Below are positions 8,009 through 18,953 of a DNA stretch of 64,000 nucleotides, piece by piece. The position numbers were made by a program, and so were the translations under genes. The DNA comes from an uncultured Gemmatimonadales bacterium (GTDB taxonomy: Bacteria; Gemmatimonadota; Gemmatimonadetes; Longimicrobiales; Gaopeijiaceae). Numbering within the stretch: position 1 is the first letter of the stretch; the number at the start of each line of letters is the position of its first letter. The notes under the pieces were generated by a model. It did not search any database. It saw only the letters and a list, made by a program, of their open reading frames with translations, and was not told the DNA's origin. The stretch spans positions 436,081 to 500,080 of the forward strand of contig CAWGKG010000004.1 in assembly GCA_963823035.1 (NCBI GenBank), written 5' to 3'.

Positions 8009-10888
8009 TCACCCGCCGCGCGCCCCTGACCGGCGCCGGAACGCCGCCACCACGACAGCAGGACCGCCGCACCGCCGAGGATGGGCAGGGCGCGCCTCCA
8101 CGGGTGCGTGGCGCGCAGCGGAACCACCAGCCGTTCGTCGCCCACCACGGTGAGCGTCGCCCAGACGTGGCCGGGGCGCCACGCGCGCGCGCCTCGCGCT
8201 TCGCCGCGCGTACGGCCTCCGTGACGGGAAGGCCCTCCGACAGCGCGGCGTAGACGGCATCCACCAGGCGCTCGGCGGCTCGGTCCTCGAGCGCCCAGCG
8301 CGTCAGGATCACGGTGCGGACGCCGGCGACGCGGAACGCCGATGCGAGCCCCACCACGCCCTCGCCGCGCACGACGGTGCCGGAGGCCGTCGAGCAGCCC
8401 GAGAGGAAGGCGAGGCCGGCATCCAGCCGCATGCGCGCCACCTCCGCCGCGCGCACCACGCCGTCCTCTCCGTCGCCTGGCGCCAGGAGGAGGGCCGCGC
8501 CGGACAGGCTGGCCTCGTCGAGTCGGGCGTGCGTGGCGAAGTGGAGCACGCCGAACCGTCCGGGGGAGACCTGCCCGAGTCGCGCCTCGGACGCGTCCGC
8601 GCCCAGGAGCACGACGCTTTCCGGCCCCCCGTGGCGGGCCGCCTCCCGCGCCTCCCGCGCGGCGTTGGGCAGCGGGCGGAGTGCCTCCTCCGTCCCGGCG
8701 GGCGCGCGGGGATCCCCGAGCGCGAGGACCGCGGCGGGCAGCTCGACGGGGGGCGATCGCCACTGCCGGAGGGCGAGCGAGGCCGAAGGCTGGAGGCTGA
8801 AGGCGAAGCGCTCGACGAGGGGCGTTCCGTCCTCGTCGGTCAGCGCGTCGAAAGGCACGAGGTGCAGGGACCCGTCCGGCACGAGGACCACCTTCTGCAC
8901 CGAGGGCGGCAGCAGCGACGGCACATCCCCGAGGACCGCGGCCGCCACGGATCGGGCAAGCGGCGCGGGGTCTTCCCCCGATCGGATCATCGCGTCGAGT
9001 CGGCGCACGTCGGGCTCCACGGAGTCGACCGGCGGTAGGACGCGGGCGTACGCGCCGAAGCGGCCGAGCGCGAAGAGCGTGGTGGGCTCGCCGCCGCGCC
9101 CGGTCACCCAGATGAGCAAGGCGGTCCGCTCGTCGGGCGCGGCCGCCTCCACCTCGGCGACGGTCGCCGCGGGCGGTGCCCCCTCCGACCGCGTGGAGTC
9201 GGTGCCCGGGAGCGTATCGCCGGGCGCCTCGATGCGGGCGAGCTGGTCCCGCAGGCTCCGTGCGCGCATGCGGTCGGCGAGCGCGAAAGCCGCCTCGACC
9301 CTCCCGCCGGCGGCGAGCGCGGCGACGATCGTCGCGAAGCCCAGGTCCGGATCCGAGCGGTCCTCCGCGACCTGGAAGGCGAGGAGGCGAAGCTCGGGGA
9401 AGGAGAGGGTGGCCCGCCACGCCTCGATCCCGTCCATCGCATCCGACGCCATTCGCTCCGCGCCGTCGAGGTCGCCCCGACGCGCCCGGATCTCCGCCAG
9501 CCGCATGCGATAGTAGTACGCCCAGTCGGGCTGCCCACCCGCCGGGTCGCGCTTCCAGGCGGCCTCGACGCGGGCGAGCGCGCCGTCGAGCTGCGCCTCC
9601 GCGTCGTCCAGGCGTCCACGCTTCAAGTCCAGGACGGCCTGGTGGTAGACGAGTCCCTGAAGCCGCCCGATGCATGCCGGTGGCCTCGGCGTCCACGCGA
9701 GCCGAGTCGAGCTGCCGCTCGGCTTCGTCCCAGAGCGCCTCGGAGAGGGCCGCGTGCGCCAGACCGATACGGGCCGCCACCACGCCCGGGGCGAAGCCGA
9801 GGGGCTCCAGGACCTCGATCGAGCGCCGGTACGCCGTCGCGCGCGGCGGCGGGGTCGTTCGCCGCGAGCGCGAGGTCGCCGCGCGCCCCGTCGATGGCGC
9901 CTTCTCCGTAGCGGTCGCCTTGCGCCGCGAAGAGCCGGGCGGCGCTGTCCGCCGTGGCCGCCCCCGACCGGAGGTCCCCGACCGCAAGGTCGATGAAGGC
10001 GAGGTTGGCGTAGACCCACGCGCGCGGCGCGTCCGCTTGCGCCCGGGAGGACACGGCCAGCGCCTCCTCCAGCTCGCTCCGCGCCTCCTCGAGCCTTCCG
10101 ATGGTGCGGAGCCAGTACCCCCGCCATTGCAGCGCCGAGGCCAGTCCGACCCCGTCTCCGAGCCGGCGGCGGATCTCCGCGGCCGTGCCCATGTCCACCA
10201 GAGCCCCGTCGACGTCCCCCGTACGGGCGCGATCGGAGGCGAGCGAGCCGAGGCACCAGCTGCGCAGGCGTTGGTCGTCGGTGCGCTCGGCGAGCCTCAG
10301 GCCGAGGGTGGCCTCCTCCGCCGCGGGGCGACTGCTCAGCACCGCCACCTCGGCGCGCCCACAGTGGAGCATCGTCCCGAGGAAGGGATCGTCCCCGACC
10401 CGTGGGGCGGCCTCGGCGAAGAGGGACTCGGCTTCCCGCGGACCTGCGGTGCGGGCGCGTGTCAGCGCCAGGAGGAGGAGTGCCTCGGTCTCCGCCTCGC
10501 CGTCGCGGATCTCCCGCGCCTCCTCGAGCGCGGTGGCGAGCGTCCGCTCGGCGAGCGGGAGGCCCCCCCGTGCCCGCGCACTCTGGGCGACCGCCATCCT
10601 GGCCCGCACCGAAACGGCGTCGGGCGGCGCACCGGGTGGGGGGAGGAGGGACGTCAGGAGGGTGTCGGCGCCGTCCAGGTCGTACGTGAGCTGGGCGAGG
10701 GTGGCCAGGCCGAGGCGGGCGAGGCGGTCGGAGCGCGGGGGCCGGGCCTCCGCCTCCCAGACCGCGCGGAGCGCGGCGACGCTGTCCCCCTGCACGGCCG
10801 CGGCCGCACGCCGGACGATCGCGCGGGGTCCGTCGGGCGCCTGGAGCTGGAGGCCGAGAAGAGCGGTCAGGAGGAGGGGAGCGAACAC
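8009..10888 (-). CDS. TPR-CHAT (caspase/separase-clan) protease with signal peptide and C-terminal membrane anchor (frameshifted)
   Basis: N-terminus VFAPLLLTALLGLQLQA; TPR-like helices; AFALADRMRARSL; VLVPDGSLHLVPFDAL; VLHFATHA (His); AFLSGCSTA (Cys); GEGVVGLASAF; WATLTVVGD; hydrophobic tail followed by RRR. Frame switches near 9835, 9665, 8170 and 8060. Confidence 0.88.
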
Positions 10889-11034
10889 GCTCCGAAGTAC
10901 CAGGCGCCGGCACCCCCGGCAAGTCGCGGCGCTTGACCGGCCCACGGTGGAATCCCCTTCCTGGGTCTCGCCCGGCCCCGGGCCGCACCGGGGACGGTCC
11001 GGTGAGCGACCCTCGAGGCGGACCGAAGGGGTGC

Positions 11035-12323
11035 TCACCTTCCGGGCCCTGTCTCTCCCGCGGGCACGGCCCGACCCGACGTCAGCGCTTCCGCCATCCG
11101 TCGAGCCTCGACGAGCCGGCCTGGAATCCCCGGCCGGGTCTTCCAGTTGGCGGCTACGTGCAGCCCGGCCGGCAGCGTCCAGCCGCGCAGCGCCCGCCAT
11201 GACGCGTCCCAGGCGGGCATCCACTCACGCGCCACGGCGAGCGGAGCGGCGTCGTAGCCGGTGCAGCGGCGGAACTCCTCGATGGCCAGGGCTGCCATGG
11301 CGTCGTCGCCGAGCTCCACGACCTCCGGGCGGCGGGCGCCCCCCAGGTAGGCCGTGTAGACGTTGTGCCGGCCGAAGAGCGCGTCGTTGTAGGTGACGCC
11401 GCGTAGCGCGAGCATCTCCGTGAAGGCGACCTGGAAGCCGAGGCCCACCAGCGGCGTGTCGGCGTCCAGGTGGACGACGCCCAGGGGGTTGTAGTGGAGG
11501 CGGCGGAGCGCGGATGCGGCGTCCGGCGCGGGGCCTTCGAAGAGGTCGGCGGCCCCGGGAGCCGGAATCGTCAGCACCACGTGCTCGGCGTCGATCGCCT
11601 CGTCGTCCATCTGCACGCGCCAACCGGCGCCGTTCGCCTCGATCCGCCGCACCGGGGCGGACAGGCGCAGGGTGGGGCCCAGCGTGCGCGCCAACGCGTC
11701 GGGGAGCGTCTGCATCCCGTCGCGGAAGGAGAGGGGTGCCGGAGGGCGGATCGTGCCACCCCGTCGCAGCAGCGGCAGGAGGAGGCTCCGCCGCACGCCG
11801 AACTCGCGCAGGACGTGCCCAGGGAGAGCCCGACCACCATGTCGGCGGGATCGGAGGCGTACAGGCCCCCGTAGAGGGGGGCGATGAGCGTCTCGTAGAT
11901 CTCTCGCCCGACCTTGCGCGTGAAGTAGTCGGCGACGGACTCGTCGGGGTCGGCCCCGGCCGTGAAGGGCTCCGCGAGGAGGCGGAGCTTCGCGGGCCAG
12001 CCCACGATGTCGGAGCGGAGGAACGCGCCGGGGGAGAAGGGCACCGGGTGCAGGCGGTCACCCCGGTACACGTAGAGGCGCAGCGACGCCGAGGCGGTGA
12101 GCGTCTCCCCCTCGAGGCCGAGGCGCGCGATCAGCTCCGCCATCGACTGCGTGAGGCGTGTGCGCTGCGGCCCCCATTCCAGCACGCGGCCGTCGACACG
12201 CGCGCTGCGGATCACGCCGCCGGGACGGTCGGACGCCTCCAGAACCACGCAGTCCGCGCCGTGCCGGCGCAGCTCGTCGCCCAGGGCGAGTCCCGTGATC
12301 CCCCCTCCGACGATGGCGATCAT
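11035..12323 (-). CDS. hemY: HemY-type copro/protoporphyrinogen oxidase (frameshifted)
   Basis: MIAIVGGGITGLAL, LEASDRPGGVIRS, EWGPQRTRL, PLYGGLYASDP, SFRDGMQTLPDAL, PGIPGRL. Last gene of the heme operon. Confidence 0.88.
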
Positions 12324-13410
12324 CCGCCCGCGGCCTTCCCCTCCGCGGGGACGTACGGGCTCGGCGGGAGGTCGCGCGCGCCGTTGGTGCACCAACAGTC
12401 GTGCATCGGACAGCAACGGCAGGCGGACAGCACCCCGTCGACGGTCGGGTCGTCCGAGACCGCGCGCGTCACCAGATCCGCCAGGAAGTGCGGAAATCCG
12501 GGTCGTCGTGGGGGACGGGCACACGGTGGACCTCCTTGCCGAGCGCCCTCCGCGAAGGCGCGCAGCTCGTGGTCGAGCTCGGCGAGCGTCTCGGACTGCT
12601 CGTGCATGAAGGAGATCGGCACCACCACCAGATGCCGCTCGGCGACCTCCCGGATCGCGATCTCGTTGTCGGGCTGTGTCCAGCGGATGCGCCGGTTCGC
12701 GTGGTTCTGGAAGCCGACGCGGTAGCGGTCGGCGCCGAGCCGCGCGGGCCACCTCGGCGCAGTGCTCGAAGACGTAGCGGTCGTAACGCCCCTCGACGAG
12801 GTAGCGCACGGCGTGCCATGCACGGAGAAGTAGAGGAGCGTGTCGGGAGCCCCGAGGTCGAGCCCGCTCTCGTCCAGGAAGCGGCGCACGTGCGCGGCGC
12901 GCATCCCCACGTAGTCCGGGTGGTGGTGCCAGCCGGACAGGCCCACGAAGCGCGGGGCCCATGCGAGCTCGTCGAGGGCGCGCCGCACATCCCGGAGGGC
13001 CGCCACCGTCGTCGAGTGGCCGCACATCGGGTAGACGGGGAGGCCCACCAGGGTGTCCACCCCGTCCGCGCGTGCATGGGCGACCGCGTCGCCCACCGAC
13101 GGGTCCGTGAACTGGAAGGCCGAATACACGCGAAGGCGCGGAGACGCGCGTCGACAGCACCTCGGCCAGGGCCCGTGCCTGAGCGTCGGCCTGCGCGTTC
13201 AGCGGAGAGCCACCGATCGCCTCGTAGTCGGCCACCAGGCCGGGCGCCCGGTCGCGGGCGAGCTGACGGGCGCGCGGTGCGCGCGGGTTCGTCCGCGTGA
13301 CCCTCGAGGCCGGCGTTCTGCAGGAAGATGCGCTCGAGGTAGGGCTGCGCCTGGTCGAGCGTCGCCTCGTCGGGCTCGCCGAAGTTGAGGACGAGGATTC
13401 CGGTGGACAC
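12320..13410 (-). CDS. hemH: Ferrochelatase with Cys-rich C-terminus (frameshifted)
   Basis: TGILVLNFGEP, YEAIGGSPL, LPVYP, FSVHGTP, GFQNH..WTQP, VPISFMHEQSETLAELD, then CRCCPMHDCWC. Confidence 0.9.
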
Positions 13411-13471
13411 GAGGGCAGGCTCCGGCGGGTCGGTGGCGCAGGGCCTGCGAGGAGGCCGCGTGGACAGGCTC

Positions 13472-14508
13472 CTAGCACGTGCGAAGAGCTGCTCGTGCAC
13501 GTGGTCGACGAGGAACGCCAACCGGTCGGGGTCCGTGTTGCGGTGGATGCCGTGACCGAGGTTGAACACGTGCGCTTGGGCCGCCTCGCCCTCGCGCAGG
13601 ACCTCGTCGGCCGCGGCGGCCAGCTCGGGCCGCGCCGCGAACAGCGCCGCCGGATCCAGGTTGCCTTGGACCACGGAGCCCTTCCCCAGCGTGTGCACCG
13701 CCGTGGAGAGGGGGACCGTCCAGTCGATCCCGATCACGTCCGCGCCGATCTGGCGCACGGCCGGAAGGAGCGACGCCGCGCCGTTCGCGAAGTAGATGAT
13801 CGGCCGGTCGACACGGGCGCGCACGGACTCGACCAGCGTCTGGAGCACGGGGAGGACGAAGTGTCTGTAGGTCGAGGGCGCGAGCAGCCCGACCCACGAG
13901 TCGAAGAGCATGAGCACGTCCGCCCCGGCGCGCGCCTGCGCGACGAGGTAGCGCGACATCGAGCGGCCCAGGAGGTCGAGCAGCTCGTGGCCCAGCTCGG
14001 GCATGGCGTGCAGGAAGCCACGCGCCTCCGCGAAGTCCTTCGAGCCGCCGCCCTCCACCAGGTAGCAGAAGAGCGTGAAGGGCGCACCGGCGAAGCCGAT
14101 GAGCGCGGCCTCGTTGCGCAACGCGGCCCGCACCAGACGGAGCGTCTCCATCACGTACGGCACGCCCTCCTCCGGCTCGAGCTCACGGAGCGCGGCCACG
14201 TGCGCCCGCGTGCGGATGGGGGCCTCCAGGACCGGGCCGGGATCGAACGCCACCTTCACGCCCATCCCCTCGAGCGGCGTCATGATGTCGCTGAAGAGGA
14301 TGGCGGCGTCCAGAGGGAAGCGCTCCATCGGTTGGAGCGTGATCTCCGCGGCGATCCCGGGCGTGCGCGTCGCCGTCAGGAAGTCGACGCGCTCGCGCAG
14401 CGCGCGATATTCGGGGAGGTAGCGCCCGGCCTGCCGCATGATCCACACGGGGACGCGCCCGTTGCGCTCACCGCGGCAGGTGCGCTCGAAGAGGGTCGCC
14501 TCAGACAT
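13472..14508 (-). CDS. hemE: Uroporphyrinogen decarboxylase (as assembled, runs in-frame into hemH)
   Basis: PVWIMRQAGRYLPEYR, AILFSDIM, LIGFAGAPFT, FDSWVG, QGNLDP, FNLGHGI. 3' end uncertain. Confidence 0.93.
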
Positions 14509-15865
14509 CGGGAAACTCCGGCGCGCGCAGGATCGCCTCGGCGGCCTCCAGCGTCCGCTCGACGTCGCCGGGCGTATGCGCGAAGGACCAGAACCACGCC
14601 TCGAAGGGACTCGGCGGGAGGTGGATACCGCGGTCCAGGAGGCCGTGGAAGAGCGCGGTGAAGCGTGCGCGCGACGACGCCGAGGCGGACGGCCAGTCCA
14701 CCACGGGACCTTCCGAGAAGAAGAGGGAGCCCATCGCGCCGACGCGGTTCCACCGCATCGGGATGCCGAGGCGGTAGCCGAGGTCCGCGAAACCCTCGTC
14801 GAACATCCGTCCGAGGGCCTCGAGTTGCTCGTAGACGCCTTTCTCCTCCTCGAGGTAGCGGAGCGTCGCCAGCCCCGCGGCCACGGCCAGCGGGTTGCCC
14901 GAGAGGGTTCCGGCCTGGTAGACGGGCCCTTCGGGAGCGATCTGGCGCATGAGGTCCGCGCGCCCGCCGTAGGCGCCCACGGGGAGCCCGCCGCCGATCA
15001 CCTTCCCCAACGTGGTGAGGTCGGGGGTGATCGCGTAGCGCTCCTGAGCGCCACCCGGGGCCACGCGGAAGCCGGTCATCACCTCGTCGAAGACGAGGAG
15101 CGCCCCGTCCTTCCGGCAGAGCGTCTGCAGCCCCTCCAGAAAGCCCTCGACGGGTGGGACGCAGCCCATGTTGCCCGCCACCGGCTCCACGAAGACCGCC
15201 GCGATCTCACCGGCGTGCGCGTCGAAGAGCGCCTGCACGGAGGCCAGGTCGTTGAACTCGGCGACCAGCGTGTCGGCCGCCGTCCCCGGGGTGACCCCGG
15301 GGCTGGAGGGGACGCCCAGCGTGGCCGCACCCGAGCCCGCTTCGACCAGGAAGGCGTCCCCGTGCCCGTGATAGCCACCCCGGAACTTCACCATCCGCGC
15401 GCGCCCGGTGGCCGCACGGGCCAGGCGGAGCGCGCTCATCGTCGCCTCGGTGCCGGAATTGACCATGCGCACGATCTCGATGCCCGGCACGCGCGCCACG
15501 ATCGCCTCGGCGAGCTGGATCTCGCCCTCCGTGGGCGCCCCGAAGGAGGTGCCCTGCTCGAGCGCGGCGGCGAGCGCCCGAACCACCGTGGGGTGGCCGT
15601 GACCGAGCAGCATCACGCCCCACGAGCCGACGTAGTCGAGCAACTCGTTGCCGTCCACGTCCTCCAGGAAGGCCCCGTGGGCCGCGCGGATGAAGCGGGG
15701 CGCGCCACCCACGCCCTTGAAGGCGCGCACGGGGCTGTTCACGCCGCCGGGGATGACCCTGCGGGCCCGCTCGATGAGCGCCTCGGCACCGGTGGCGCCG
15801 CCCTCCTCCGACCTCTTCGTCGTCGTGCCCGTCGTCTGCATGCCTGTCCCTTCCCATCGCTCCAT
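14501..15865 (-). CDS. hemL: Glutamate-1-semialdehyde 2,1-aminomutase
   Basis: IPGGVNSPVRAF, NSGTEATMSALRLAR, YHGHGD, FDEVMTGFR, TLGKVIGGGLPVGAYGG, YQAGTLSGNP. Alternative start at 15841. Confidence 0.96.
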   Translation of the reverse strand: MERWEGTGMQTTGTTTKRSEEGGATGAEALIERARRVIPGGVNSPVRAFKGVGGAPRFIRAAHGAFLEDVDGNELLDYVGSWGVMLLGHGHPTVVRALAAALEQGTSFGAPTEGEIQLAEAIVARVPGIEIVRMVNSGTEATMSALRLARAATGRARMVKFRGGYHGHGDAFLVEAGSGAATLGVPSSPGVTPGTAADTLVAEFNDLASVQALFDAHAGEIAAVFVEPVAGNMGCVPPVEGFLEGLQTLCRKDGALLVFDEVMTGFRVAPGGAQERYAITPDLTTLGKVIGGGLPVGAYGGRADLMRQIAPEGPVYQAGTLSGNPLAVAAGLATLRYLEEEKGVYEQLEALGRMFDEGFADLGYRLGIPMRWNRVGAMGSLFFSEGPVVDWPSASASSRARFTALFHGLLDRGIHLPPSPFEAWFWSFAHTPGDVERTLEAAEAILRAPEFPDV

Positions 15866-15883
15866 GGTCTTCTCTTCGACCGA

Positions 15884-16633
15884 CTACTCCTGGTCGGCGC
15901 AGGCGTCCACGAGGGCGCCCACCGTCGCCCTGTCGGCGATGCGGACGTCCATCCGCCCCGCCTTGCCCAACGCCGCGGCCGTGGTCGGGCCGATGGCCAC
16001 CACGGCGCACGCCGTGAGCGCGTCGGCCAGGCGTCCGCCGAGGGCCTGCGCCAGCGCGCGTACCGCGGACGGACTGGCGAACGTCACCACGTCGACGCCG
16101 CGGATCAGGTCGCGGTGCACCACGGTGCCGTCCGGCGGCGTGGGCGTCGTGCGGTAGGCCTCGACGCGATGCACGTCCGCGCCCATCCACCGCAATTCCC
16201 GGTCCAGCACGTCCCGCGCCAGGGACCCCGCCGGGAAGAGCACCCGGGCGCCGCTCCGCAGTCCGGCTTCGGCGAGCGCGTCCACCAGACCGTTCGCGCC
16301 GTTTCCGCGACCGACGACGTCCACGGGCCAACCCCGTCGGGACAGCGCCTCCGCCGTAGCCTCGCCCACGGCCGCCACCCGCGGGCGTCCCTGCGGCACC
16401 GGTACCCGCTCGGCCACGGCATCCACGGCATGCGCGCTCGTGAAGGCGATCCAGTCGAAGCCCCCGAGGGCGGCGAGAGCCGCCTCCAGCGGCCCGGGAT
16501 CCTCCGGTCCCTCGATGCGGAGCGTGGGCCAGACCCGCACCTCCGCGCCCTCGGCGCGCAGCGCGAGCACGAGCGTGTCGCCGGGCCGTCCGTCGCGCGT
16601 GGTGGCGACCACCCGCCCGTTCAGGCGGCCCAT
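15884..16633 (-). CDS. hemD: Uroporphyrinogen-III synthase
   Basis: LNGRVVATTR, FDWIAFTSAHAV, AVGEATAEAL, VEAYRT, FASPSAV, AIGPTTAAAL. Confidence 0.9.
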   Translation of the reverse strand: MGRLNGRVVATTRDGRPGDTLVLALRAEGAEVRVWPTLRIEGPEDPGPLEAALAALGGFDWIAFTSAHAVDAVAERVPVPQGRPRVAAVGEATAEALSRRGWPVDVVGRGNGANGLVDALAEAGLRSGARVLFPAGSLARDVLDRELRWMGADVHRVEAYRTTPTPPDGTVVHRDLIRGVDVVTFASPSAVRALAQALGGRLADALTACAVVAIGPTTAAALGKAGRMDVRIADRATVGALVDACADQE

Positions 16634-17576
16634 CAGCCCTGCCCGACCGTACGGGGTGGAGGGCCCGCCCAGACGGCGTCCCGGAGCGAGGTGAGGCCCA
16701 GCTGCGCCACGAGATCCGCCGCGGCCCTCCTCCCGAGCGTCACGGCCTCCTCTACGGGCCCCGCGCATCGGGCCCTGGTGATGCCGGCGGGACCCACGAC
16801 GGCCGCGCGAAGCACGAGCTCGGCGCCGTCGACCCGCGCGAGGGCACCGACCGGGGCCTGGCAGCCCGCCTGTAGCGCGCGCAGACAGGCACGCTCCGCC
16901 GTCACCTCGGCGCGCGTCCGGGGATCGTCCAGGGCGGCCACCGCGTCGCCGGCCTGGTCGTCGTCGGCGCGGATCTGGAGCGCGAGCGCTCCCTGCGCCG
17001 CGGCGGGGAGGAGCACGTCCGGGTCGAGGATCTCGGTGATGCGGTCGGCGAGCCCCAGCCTGCGCAGCCCCGCCACCGCCAGGACGATAGCGTCGGCCCG
17101 GCCGTCGTCCACGGCCTGCAGACGCGTCGGCACGTTGCCGCGCTGGTCCTGGATCATCAGGTCGGGGCGCGCGAGGCTCAGGAAGCCCTTCCGACGTGGT
17201 GAGGACGTGCCCACCCGGGCGCCCGCGGGCAGCGTGGACAGGGTGGCGCCACCGCTCACGAGCGCGTCGTACGGGTCCTCTCGCACGGGGAGGGCGCCGA
17301 GGGCGAGGCCCTCGGGGAGCGCCGTCGCCAGATCCTTGCACGAATGGACCGCGAGGTCGATGCGCCGTCAAGGAGCGCGTCCTCGATCTCCTTGGTGAAG
17401 AAGGACTGGCCCAGCTCGGGGCCGAGCGGTACGTCCTGGATCCTGTCGCCCGCCGTGCGGATCTCGACGAGCTCCACGGTGAGTCCGGGATGGGCCGCCT
17501 CCAGCTGGCGGGCCACCATCGTCGACTGCGCGAGCGCGAGGCGTGAGCCGCGCGTTCCGAGGCGGAGCGTGCTCAT
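16633..17576 (-). CDS. hemC: Hydroxymethylbilane synthase (frameshifted)
   Basis: LRLGTRGSRLALAQ, FFTKEIEDALL, REDPYDALV, VGTSSPRR, RGNVPTRL, LPAAAQGAL, LQAGCQAPVG. Confidence 0.93.
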
Positions 17577-18899
17577 GGGCGCTCCGCCGGTCCGAGGCAG
17601 GTGGGATCCACGCCGAAGAGGGAGGTCGCCGTCTCCAGCAGGTGGCGTCCCTCCTCCCTCGAAGCGTCCGCCTCCCGAAGCGCGAGCGTCGGGTGGTGCA
17701 GCACCGCCCGCGCCAGCGAGCGCGCGAGCTTGTGGAGGTCCTCCCGCTCTCCTCGGTGCGCCCGCGGGCCGTGCGTTCGGCTTCCGCCTGCGCCAGCTCG
17801 AGCACCTGCTCGCGCACGGCGCGCAGCACCGCGACGGACTCGCGGGAGCGCAACCACCTCATGAAGGCGTCCGCATCCTCCGCCACGATGGCCTCGGCGC
17901 GCGGAAGTCTGGGCGGCCCTCGCCTCCCGCGCGGCCTCCACGCCCGCGAAGACGTGCTCGAGGTCCATGACACGCACGCCCGGCAGCGTCGCGAGGTCCG
18001 GGTGGAAGTTGCGCGGGTGGGCGAGGTCGAGGAACCAGCGCCGTCCGGCGTCGCGTGCACGACGTCCGCGATCAGCGCTTCCTGGACGAGGTCGCCGCGC
18101 TCGGCGACGGCGCCGACCACCACGTCCGCACCTGCGATCAGCCCGGGCAGGTCGTCGAGCGAGGCGGCGGTGGCGCCCAGCTCGGCGGCCACCAGCTCCG
18201 CCTCGTCGAGCGTCCTGTTCGCCACGATGAGGCGGCCCACGCCCTCCTTGCGCAGGAGGCGTGCGACCAGGCGCCCCGTGTCCCCCGCGCCCAGGACGAC
18301 GGCGGAGAGGGGAGCCAGCGAGCCGGCCCGCTGCCCGAGGAGGGTGAGCGCCGCGCCGGCGAGCGACACGGCGCCCCGTCCGATCCCGGTCTCCGTGCGC
18401 ACGCGCTTGCCGGCCGCCAGCGCGTTCTGGAAGAGCCGGAGGAGGAGGGGACCCGCGGTGTGGCGGGTCGAGGGTGCTCGAGCGCACCGCGCACCTGCCC
18501 GATGATCTGGGCCTCGCCGTGCACGACCGAGTCCAGCCCGGCGGCGACGCGGAAAAGGTGGACCACCGCCACCTGACCGCGCAGCGCGTAGGAGTGCGCC
18601 TCGATATCCTCCGGCGCCATGCCGGTTCGCCGTGCCAGCAGCTGACGCAGACGCAGGAGCGCTCTTCCGGGTGCGCGCTCGCGCCGTAGAGCTCGAGGCG
18701 GCCACAGGTCACCGAGCGGCACGGCCTCGTCGAGGACGCCCCTGGCCATCAACTCGGCCAGGGCTTCGTAGATCTCGTCCAAGTCCACGTAGAGGCGCTC
18801 CGCTCATCGCGGCGAAGCCACCGAGTGGCTGGTGCCGAGGACGAAGAGCTCCCTGTGAGCCTCGCCCCTCCTCTCCCCTTCGTGCGTCACCGTCGTCAT
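17573..18899 (-). CDS. hemA: Glutamyl-tRNA reductase (several frameshifts)
   Basis: LFVLGTSHSVA, TCGRLELY, HLFRVAAGLDSVVHGEAQIIGQVR, GKRVRTETGI, VLGAGDTG, ANRT, DLAHPRNF. Confidence 0.9.
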
Positions 18900-18953
18900 C
18901 CCTGGATTCTCGACGGTCGGTGTCCCGGATGTCGCGCTCACGCACGCCTCCCC

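Noticed and set aside
6814..10888. Type III-E CRISPR Craspase locus
   Set aside because: No cas7-11, csx30/31 or repeat array is present, and the CHAT appears to be exported.
11571..13478. Apparent HemH-HemY fusion ORF
   Set aside because: Patchwork of frames. HemH has its own stop at 12320, overlapping the hemY ATG (ATGA).
18804..18806. In-frame TGA early in hemA (selenocysteine or readthrough?)
   Set aside because: Not at a Cys or catalytic position, and the local sequence deviates from the expected xRER motif. Best explained by sequencing error.
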